A stretch of 63,650 nucleotides of DNA, the filler included, from Malassezia furfur (lineage: Eukaryota): NCBI GenBank assembly GCA_052055015.1. It is 13 parts of 13 records of this genome, joined end to end, with 100 filler letters (N's around TTAATTAATTAA, not from the genome) between each part and the next. Parts side by side here need not be neighbours in the genome. Positions count along the whole stretch, not along the records: positions 54,152 to 58,859 come from JBQJIT010000654.1; positions 58,960 to 63,650 come from JBQJIT010000655.1; 11 more parts are not named here. The stretch is one strand, 5' to 3'. The position numbers and the translations under genes are program-made. Of this stretch, positions 54,554 through 63,650 are shown piece after piece. The notes below the pieces were generated by a model. It was given only the letters and a program-made list of their open reading frames with translations, did no database searches and was not told where the DNA came from. How positions within the stretch are numbered: the first letter of the stretch is position 1; every line of letters starts with the position of its first letter.

Positions 54554-55863
54554 CTACTTGCCGAGCGTGTCGAGCGCGCTGTCGTTGAAGCCGGGCGCGC
54601 CGTGGCTCGGCGGGAAGGGGTTGTTCACCGAGCCGTTGGTCTTGAGGCTCTCGGGTGCCTTGGCGCGGCGCGCGCGCACACTGGGTCAGTTGGGCGGCAA
54701 CGTACCCCTCGCGCAGCTTGTCGAGCGCCTGCACGGTGGTCTCCCACGAGATGCACGCTGCGTCAGTCTGGCTTGTACGTACCATCCGTGATCGACTGGC
54801 CGTACGTCAAGTCGGCGGGGCCCGTCGGGGGCATGCTCTGCTTGCCCTCGACGAGGTGGCTCTCGAGCATTACACCAAACACGTTCCACGCGTTGCTGTC
54901 GCCCTGTGCGAGCTGCTCGGCGATGTTGTCCACGACCTTGATCTGGTTCTGGTGCTTCTTCTCGCTGTTGCCGTGGCTGCAGTCGATCATGATGCGCGGC
55001 GAGAGCGAGTTCTTCTCGAGCGCCGCCGAGGCGCTCTCGACGTGCTCGCGCGCGTAGTTCGGGCCGGTGTTGGAGCCACGAAGGATGATGTGGCAGCTGT
55101 CGTTGCCGGCGGTCTCGACAATGGCCGAGATGCCCTGCTTGGTGACCGACAGGAAGGCGTGCGAGCTCGAGGCCGACTTGATCGCATCCACGGCGATCGA
55201 CACCGAGCCGTCCGTGCCGTTCTTGAAGCCGATCGGCATGCTCATGCCGCTCGTCAGCTCACGGTGCACCTGCGACTCGGTGGTGCGCGCGCCAATCGCG
55301 CCCCACGAGATCAGGTCCGCGGTGTACTGCGGCGAGATGGTGTCCAGGAACTCGGTGCCCGCGGGGAGGCCCATCTTGGCGACCTCGAGCAGGAAGCCGC
55401 GCGCGAGGCGCAGACCCTTGTTGATTTGGTAGGAGCCGTCCAGGTTCGGGTCGTTGATCAGGCCCTTCCAGCCGACCGTGGTGCGCGGCTTCTCAAAGTA
55501 GACGCGCATGATGATGTGCAGGTCGTCCTTGGCCTGCTCCGCGTACGCCTTGAGGCGGTTCGCTGCGTCAGTGGGCACGCCACGCACCGTACTCGAGACC
55601 CGCCCGCACGTCGTGCAGCGAGCACGGGCCCACAATCACAATGAGGCGGTCCTGCTGGCGCTTGATGATCGCCTCCGTGTCGCGGCGCCCTTTGAGCACG
55701 GTCTCGGCCGCCTCGATCGAGAGGGGGTATTCCTCCATGAGAATTTGCGGCGGGATCACTGCGTCAGCACACACTACGTACGCGGCTTGATGCTCTTGAT
55801 GCGCCGGTCATCGAGCTCGTTCAGCGCATCGGCCAAGTGCAATGGGGCTGTCGTCTGAGTCAT
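54554..55863 (-). CDS. ARO3: DAHP synthase (class I), probably the Phe-sensitive type
   Basis: DDRRI, VGPCSLHD, MRVYFEKPRTTVGWKGLINDP, GAIGARTTESQ, IDCSHGNS, YGQSITDACI; HAFLSVTK has the Ser of yeast Aro3 rather than the Gly of Aro4; introns 55759-55781 (23 nt), 55563-55587, 54758-54782, 54681-54705 (25 each). Confidence 0.93.
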
Positions 55864-55977
55864 GGTGCAATTGTAATAGGCCGGAGCACGTTCGCACCTG
55901 CAGGGCACCTTCCATTCGTCACGTGGGCCCCTGTCCAGGTGGAGCGGGGCGCGAGCGACGCGACGCGTTGCAACGCG

Positions 55978-56449
55978 ATGTCGGAGGACGAGCGGGATTT
56001 CGGAGGAACGGGCGCGCCGGACGATGAGGAGCTGTCGCTCCCCAAAGCCACGATCCAGAAGCTGATCCAAGACTACCTGCCGAACGATATGAGCTGCGCG
56101 AAAGACACGCGCGATCTCCTGATTGAGTGCTGTGTCGAGTTCATCCACCTCGTCTCGTCCGAAGCCAACGAGGCGTGCGAGAAGGACTCGAAGAAGACGA
56201 TTGCGCCGGACCACGTCGTCAAGGCGCTTGTCGACCTGGGATTCGAGAAATATACGCGCGAGGTGCAAGATGTGCTCAACGACCACAAGCAGCACCAAAA
56301 GGTACGTGGGGGCGCGCGCGCTGACCGATCAGGAGCGGGAACGCAAGGCATCGCGGTTCGAGATGAGCGGACTCACCGAGGAGGAGCTGCAGCGGCAGCA
56401 GGAGCAGCTGTTTGCTGCAAGCAAGGCGCGCTTCGAGGCCGCTAACTAG
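55978..56449 (+). CDS. NCB2: Negative cofactor 2 beta subunit (Dr1)
   Basis: LSLPKAT, LIECCVEFIHLVSSEANE, KKTIAPDHV, SGLTEEEL.RQQ..LF; intron 56302-56332 (31 nt). Confidence 0.95.
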
Positions 56450-56534
56450 TCTCGTACCCCCATAGTGTGGCCAGCGCCGTCGGGCACGGCCGGTCCAACG
56501 ATAATTCCCCAACACTGGTTCGCCGGACGCGCAA

Positions 56535-58859
56535 ATGCTGCTGCGTACGACGCGGGGCCTCTTTTCTTGGACCGCATTGTCCGCACGCCGTCCGTGTGTA
56601 ATTCCGCGTGTTTTGGACCGCCGCTGCATCATGACCGACGTTGACATGCACCGTGACAAGCGGATTGACGGCACGAAGCTCGCCGCGTACGTACCCAAGC
56701 GCCGCGCTCACACCCCAGATCGATCCGCACCTCTGTCGCCGAACGCGTCGCCAAGCTCAAATCGGAGCACGACGGGATCGTGCCGCACCTCGCGATCGTG
56801 CAGGTCGGCAAGCAGAGCGCGTCGTCGACATACATCCGCATGAAGATGCAAGCCGCCGAGCAGTGCGGCATCCGCGCGACGCATGTGCAGCTGCCGGAGG
56901 ACGCGGACGAGCGCGCGATTTCCGCCGAGGTGCGCCGCCTGAACGAGGACGACAGCGTGGATGGCATCCTGGTGCAGCTGCCGCTGGGAGACCACATTTC
57001 CGCGGACGCCGAGCGCCGGATCACCGAGCTGGTGCAGCCGGACAAGGACGTCGACGGCTTCCACACGCTCAACATTGGGCAGCTGTCGTCGCGTGCATGC
57101 AATCCCAACTTCCTCCCGTGCACGCCGGCGGGTGTGATTGCACTGCTGAAGGACGCGGGGCTCGACGACCTCTCTGGGAAGCATGCCGTGGTTATGGGCC
57201 GCAGCGACATTGTGGGCAACCCGATGGCGAGTCTGCTGCGTGGGCGCAATTGCACCGTGACGCAGGTGCATTCCAAGAGCCAGAACGTCAAGGAGCTCGT
57301 GAAGCAGGCCGACATTGTCGTGGTGGCTATCGGTGTCCCGCGCCTCATCGAGGCCGACTGGATCAAGCCCGGCGCGGTGGTGATCGACGTCGGCACTAAT
57401 TACGTGCCCGACGCGACGAAGAAGTCGGGGCAGCGCCTCGTGGGCGACGTCAACTACGAGTCGGTGGTGCCCGTTGCGGCGGCAATCACGCCCGTGCCCG
57501 GCGGCGTCGGCCCCATGACGGTCGCGATGCTCATGGAGAATGTGCTGATCGCTGCGACGCGGCGCAGCGTGCGGCTGCAAGCGCGCCCGCGGGCGGTCAC
57601 CACGCCGAACCCGCTCAAGCTGGAGCGCCCCGTGCCGAGCGACATTGCGATTGCGCGCGCGCAGGTGCCGCGCCCGATCAGCCAGATTGCGCACGAGATT
57701 GGGCTGCTGAGCAGTGAGCTGGAGCCGTACGGCGACGTGAAGGCCAAGGTGAGCCTGAGCGTGCTCGACCGCCTGCGCGACCGCATCGACGGCAAGTACA
57801 TTGTCGTGGCGGGCATCACGCCGACGCCGCTCGGCGAGGGCAAGTCGACGACGACGATTGGGCTGGCGCAGGCGCTGGGCGCGCACCTGAACAAGCCCGC
57901 GTTTGCATGTGTGCGGCAGCCGTCGCAGGGCCCGACGTTCGGCATCAAGGGCGGTGCGGCGGGCGGCGGCTACGCGCAGGTGATCCCCATGGAGGAGTTC
58001 AACCTGCATCTCACCGGCGACAACCACGCGGTGCAGGCGGCCAACAACCTGCTTGCCGCGGCGATCGACACGCGCATGTTCCACGAGGCTACGCAGAAAG
58101 ACGGCCCGCTGTTTGACCGGCTGTGCCCCGCGAAGAAGGGCGTGCGCACCTTCTCGCCGGTGATGCTCAAGCGCCTCGCGAAGCTCGGGATCGACAAGAC
58201 GGACCCCGACTCGCTCACCGACGAGGAAAAGGTGCGGTTTGCGCGCCTGGACATCGACCCCGCGAGCGTGACGTGGCGGCGCGTGACGGACACCAACGAC
58301 CGGTACCTGCGTGAGATCACCGTCGGCGAGGCGCCCACCGAGAAGGGCCTGACGCGGCACACGGGCTTCGACATTGCGGTCGCGAGCGAGTGCATGGCGG
58401 TGTTGGCGCTGAGCCGCGACCTGAAGGACATGCGCGCGCGCCTCGGCGACATGGTGATCGGCTCGAACAAGCGCGGCGAGCCGGTCACGGCCGACGACCT
58501 CGGCGTGGGCGGTGCGCTGGCCGTGCTGATGAAGGACGCCATCAAGCCGAACCTGATGCAGACGCTCGAGGGCACGCCCGTGTTTGTGCACGCGGGTCCG
58601 TTTGCGAACATTGCGCACGGCAACTCGTCGATCCTCGCGGACGCCATCGCGCTCAAGCTCGCGGGCCGCGAGGCGAACGAGCCGACGAGCCGCATCGGCT
58701 ACGTGATCACCGAGGCCGGCTTTGGCGCGGACATTGGCATGGAGAAGTTCTGCAACATCAAGTGCCGCGAGAGCGGGCTCGTGCCCGATGCCGTGGTGCT
58801 GGTTGCGACCGTGCGTGCGCTCAAGTCGCACGGCGGCGGCCCCGACGTGTCGCCCGGCA
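56535..58859 (+). CDS. ADE3: Trifunctional C1-tetrahydrofolate synthase, 3' truncated
   Basis: [61 protein letters not shown]; intron 56687-56718 (32 nt). Confidence 0.96.
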
Positions 58860-58959
58860 NNNNNNNNNNNNNNNNNNNNNNNNNNNNNNNNNNNNNNNNN
58901 NNNTTAATTAATTAANNNNNNNNNNNNNNNNNNNNNNNNNNNNNNNNNNNNNNNNNNNN
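58860..58959. other. Artificial contig spacer
   Basis: N44-TTAATTAATTAA-N44. Confidence 0.99.
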
Positions 58960-61900
58960 GCGCCGCGCCCGTAGCGCGCGCCCGCGTCGAGCTGGCGCGC
59001 GACGATGCTCGTCACGTCGCGCATCCAGCCGGCCGGCGCGGCGGCGTGCGGCGACGGCGTGTCGCGGTACACGTCGCCCCAGTCGCACACGGCGAGCAGT
59101 GCGTTGACGAGGCCGCAGAGCGCCTCGGGGAAGTGCGGGTTCGCCTCGACGGCGCGGCGGTAGTAGGTGATCGAGTCCTGTGTGCGCCCCTGGTCCTTGA
59201 TGGCGTTGCCGAGGTTGGCGAGCGCCACGTCGAACGACGGGTTGAACTCGACGGCCTTCTCGTACATCTTGATCGCCTCCGCGAGGCGGCCCATGTCCTT
59301 GAACAGGCTGCCGAGGTTCGTGAAGAGGTGCGAGTGCGTCGGGTCGAGCTGCAGGCCCTGCGCGTAGTAGCGCACGGCGAGCAGCTGCCCGGTGAGCTGC
59401 ACGCGCTCGCCACTGAGGCCGACGGTGGTCGTCGCGACGGGCAGCGACGAGAGCAGGATGCCCAGGTTGTTGAACATGCTCGCGTTCGGGTTCATGCTCA
59501 GCGCGAGGTAGTAGAAGGGCAGCAGCAGCGACACGCTCGGCGGGATGCCGCGCAGCGACAGCTGGCGCGCCGCGCCGCCGCTCGCGTTCGTCGCGGCGTC
59601 CTGGAAGAGCTTCGCGAGCGCCAGCAGGATCGTCGAGCCGATCTGCGCCGCCTGCTTCGCGACGACGTCCATCGACGTCGACGCGTTGTTGTTGCCGTTG
59701 CCGCTGCCGTTGCCCGTCTTGCTCTGCGCCGCGCGGCTGCCGGACGCCACCACACCGCTCACCACCGGCAGCACGCCGTGCGTCGGCGCAAACAGGATGC
59801 GCAGCAGCAGCGCCACCTGGTCCGGCAGCAAAAACACCACCGGGAACTGGTCGCCGCCGATGCGCAGCAGCCGCGCGACCGCCGCGTCGCCCGCGTCGCG
59901 CACGAGGCCCAGCACGCCGTCGGGGTGCAGCCGCGTGTACTGCCCCTGCGTCACGACCGCCGCGTGCGCGGGGTTCGCCATGTCGATGCCAAACGCCGCC
60001 GCCAGCTCCGCGGCGGTGAGCAGCGCATCGCGGCCGGGCACCACCGCGCCGAACGACAGCACCGCCACGACGCAGATGCCCACCATCACGTCGCGCACCG
60101 TGCTCCCGGGGCGCCCGGGCGTCGAGAAGAGCACCTCCACCGCGCGCTGGTACTCCTCCGCGGCGGACGCAATGCCGTGCCCCTCGAGCACGTACTTGAG
60201 GTTGCCCTTCGCGTAGAACAAATTCTGCACGCGCGGCAGCTGCGACAGCGGCAGCTGCGGCGGGAACGGCTGCGCCTCCAGCAGGCCCGCGCTCCCCTTC
60301 TCCATCACACGCCCCGCGTGCGCCCGCGCGCCGCGGCCCTCGTCGGCCACGAGCGTGCGCCGCGTCGGGATGATGTGCGCCTCCACAAACTCGCACAGCC
60401 GCAGCGCCGTCGCAAACTGCGGCGCACGTGCCTCGGCGTGCGCCGCGTCCGCACTGCTGCTCGCCGGCGCACACAGCACGCCGAGCAGATTCTCAAACGC
60501 GTCCCAGTAGCCGGGCAGCAGCTGCAGCGCGCGCCACCACCACGTCTCGGCCTCGCGCGCATACCCAAGCGCGCGCAGCGCCGTGCCAATGTTCGACATC
60601 GCCTCGACGTAGTGCGGGTTGATGCGCAAAATCCGGTTGTTGTACCACAGCGACGCGGCCAGGTTGCCCGCCGTGTAGTACGTGCACGAGAGCAGCAGCA
60701 GCGTCGGCAGGTGCTCGGGGTGCATCTCGCACAGCGCGTGCAGCAGCGGCAGCAGCGTCGGGTGCAGCGGCACGCCGCGCCGCTGCCACGCGCGCGTCGC
60801 CTTGAGCGAAGGCACGGTCTGCAGCGCCGCGTCGCCCTCGCCCTCGCCCTCGTGCTCGGCGCCCTGCGCGACACTCTTCGAGTACAGGTAGTGCGCGTAC
60901 TGCAGCAGCTCGTCGCGCACCGCCGCCGAGCGCGTGTCCTGGCCCGAGGCGAGCGACGACGCGCTGAAGAGGTGGATCGGATCCTCGGCGTCCGCACTGC
61001 GCTCCAGCGGCGACACGGGCGGCGTCTCGGTCGAGGTCCAGTTCAGGATCGGCACCTGCGGCGGACCGTCGGACGGGAACGCCATCGACGGCTCGCCGCG
61101 CTCGCCGCGCGGCGCCACCAGCGCGTCGTCGAGGATCGACGCCGTGGCGCCCGGCGGCACACCCGGCACCGACGCCGCCACCGAGATCCCGGGCTCGTTC
61201 GGCGCCGACGTCGCACGCAGCACCGGCACCGACCGGCCGCGGCTCGACGTGCGCGCGCGCTTCGCAGTGGGCTGCTCCACCGCTCCAGGGCTCCGCCGAT
61301 GCGCAAGCTGCGTGTCGGCGCGCGCGTCCGTCGCCTTCGGCGCAGGCACACTCGTGGGGATCGGCGCCTCGGCCGTCGCCGCCACGCTGATCGCCGGCGT
61401 GCTCGTGCCGGCCGTCGCCGCGGCCGTCGTCGTAGGCGCCGTCGTCGCCGCCGACGTCTGGGCGGGCGCCGACGTCGACAGCATCGGCGCAGGCGCATGC
61501 GTTGCAGGGATGTTGGTCGGCGCACTCGTCGCCGGCGCTGTCGCCGGCGCCTTGGTCGACGGACCCGCCGCGCCGAGCGTCGTCGGCACACCGTCGGCCG
61601 CGGGCGCTGTCGGCGCCTCGGCCGCCGTCGTTGTCGGTGCCTCGCCGGTCGTCGTCGTGGGAACGCCGTCGGCGACCGGCAGCGACGACTCTTCTGCCGC
61701 CGTTGTCTTGGGAACGCCGTCGGCGACCGGCATCTCGGGCGCCTGCGTGCCGGGCGCATCGGTCATCTCTTCGGGGCCATCGCTCATGCGGTGCAGCTGG
61801 TCCTCAAAGAACTGCGTCACCGACATGCCGTCCTTCGACACGCCCTTGCCGCCCTCGCTCTTGGTCGGCACATAGAGCTGGTCGCCCTCCTTCTCGAGCA

Positions 61901-63041
61901 GGTGCTGCGCCTGCGCCTGGCGCTCGGGGCCGTCGAGGCCCACCCATGCACGCAGCGCCGCGGCGACCGACGCCTTCTGGTCGTGGCCGAGCGGCGTGTA
62001 GGCGCGGCGCTCGCCCTGCGGCCCGTGCGTCGTGACGTGGAAGACGGTCTTTTGCGCGGTGACGCGCGCCGCCTTGGTCGCGAGCGACGCATAGACGTCG
62101 TTGCGCGACGTCGCGGGCATCTGCGGCATGATCCCCTCGTGGCTGTCGCCCGACATGTTGGGCAGCACGAGCGGCATGTCGTCCCCCGGGATCAGGCCGG
62201 GCATCTCGACGTCCTCCGAGATGCCGAGCGACGTCGAGGCCTCCTTGGTCTTGGGCGCCGCTTGTGCCCCGTCGCCGTCGACCATCAGACTGTCGCCGTC
62301 GGACGATGAGCCCGACCTGGCCTCGTGCAGCGGCTTTGCAATGAACGGCAGCACGAGCGACACGTCGTCCAGCGCCTGGTCCCACGCATTCGAGCCCACC
62401 GTGTTCCACGACTGCCGCCGCGTCTGCTGGTCGCTTGACGATGACGACGACGACGACGACGGCTTGCTGGGGTACGGACTCAGCAGCTCCTGCAGGCTCG
62501 GCGCGGGGCGGATCGAGTCGCCGTCGAAACCGCGCGTGCGCGGCGGCTGCGCTTCGTTGGTCGGCATGGGAGGCGCGCCGTCGTGGGGCACCTCTTCGGT
62601 GCCGCCGTCGATGCCGTCGGCGACGACCGTGTCTTGGCCGGTGACCTGCTCGGCGCCGTCCACCATCGGACTGTCGGGTATCTTGGACGACGCGGCGGCC
62701 CCGTCGTCGCTCTGGTCGTCCGCGCTGGCCTGCTGGCCCTTGCGCCGGTGGTGGGGCAGGCTGCGCATGCGGTTCGACACATGCACATCCGCACCGCCAT
62801 ACAAGTCGCGCAGCCGCTTGTTGTGCACGCGCGAGGGCACTTCGTTGAGCATCGCGAGACTCCGCCGCGCTGCTTCGCCCTTCTGGTCGTTATGCTTGGT
62901 GGCCTTGAGGCCGGTCGTGAGGTGGGTCTTGGACGGGCCAAGGCCCTCGGTTTGCTCGTTGGGCACATGTGCCTGGACAGACGAGTTGGTCGGCTCCCCG
63001 TCCACAGGCACATACCCCTCACCATCCTGGGATGGCGCCAT
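58960..63041 (-). CDS. Fungal O-GlcNAc transferase-like (GT41) protein: disordered N-terminus plus TPR region; catalytic part missing at spacer
   Basis: HLPTLLLLSC, YVEAMSNIGT, HLFTNLGSLFKDMG, FDVALANLGNAIKDQGR, AVEANPHFPEALCGLVNALLAVCDW (the TPR-end CDW signature of OGT/SEC). Confidence 0.8.
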
Positions 63042-63650
63042 CGTGTCTCACAAGGGGATGGCGGTTCACAACGAGTCTCTTGCCGTAGATCGATGCACTC
63101 CTAAATGACCATACGGCTTTTGCACCCAGTGGCAATCGGCACGAAGCTTATGACCCAATGAAGCGTCATTGCGCACCAGGGTAATGGGCACCCAAAGTTT
63201 ATTTTTCGCATTCCGTTCCGCCCATCCACTGCGCGCACTTTTCATTCGGCCTTGCATATTGTCCATCGCCCACCAAACAAGACTCGAGTCCGCCACTCGA
63301 CCGCTCCGATTTAGACCAACCACGCTGCGAGATCTCTTGTCGCTGCGTCATTCTGCCAAGGCACCGTCACGGCCTCGTCGCAAGTATGACGTCGATTTTG
63401 TAGCAATGCCACGTGCGTCGACGGAACCGGATTGACCCTATCCACTATGACGTCAGAGATGAACACGGACCCAGGCCTTGGGGCAGACCAGCGTAGCGCC
63501 ACGTGGCACACCTGCCGCGTGGCCACGCGCGCTGCGGATCTCCTGGCTCGGTGCCTTGCCGCAGGCCCCGCACCGATCCACGTGCACGGCGCATCTAGAG
63601 TTTCGCCGCCGCCCGCACGGACGCGGCCGCGCCGCGTCGCGCTTCCGCGT

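Noticed and set aside
10635..58859. Apparent folate/one-carbon cluster (FAU1, FLX1, GLY1, ADE3)
   Set aside because: Spread over three artificially joined contigs; only FAU1 and FLX1 share one, separated by PMT1
11649..62309. Many long antisense or off-frame ORFs (e.g. 11649-14237, 49599-52241, 59046-62309)
   Set aside because: Expected stop-poor shadows of GC3-rich genes; Arg/Ala/Gly-rich with no motifs

Overview
Eukaryotic fungal DNA: GC-rich and extremely gene-dense. Gene content, protein style, compaction and tiny introns point to a basidiomycete yeast of the Malassezia type (inference, no search run). The window is not one locus. It is 13 contigs of steadily decreasing length (4877 to 4691 bp) joined by an artificial 100-bp spacer (N44-TTAATTAATTAA-N44), so adjacency across spacers is meaningless. 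It holds about 40 mostly housekeeping genes or fragments: PRP17, RPE1, SPP, SGD1, PPS1, MRPL9, CFT2, FAU1, PMT1, FLX1, MRP20, NEM1, CHK1, AIM29, BFR1, KAR3, APC11, SNF1-beta, TRS120, NOP12, ERG13, TAO3, MEX67, UBP6, NOC2, RPN2, GLY1, COQ11, SAC1, BMT5, DNAJC3, BXI1, ISA1, ARO3, NCB2, ADE3 and an OGT-like TPR protein. No mobile element, tRNA, rRNA or CRISPR array was seen. The most striking signal is a miniaturised gene-expression grammar. I reconstructed 47 spliceosomal introns by hand, all 20-35 nt (median 25), with a dominant GTACGT donor and a branch A that seems never to lie before intron position 16. Divergent promoters are mostly 65-140 bp and enriched for CACGTG. RRPE-like and UPRE-like motifs sit before the expected gene classes, and convergent stop codons abut or overlap. 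One multi-hairpin intergenic element containing a cryptic intron (8715-8916) is unexplained.
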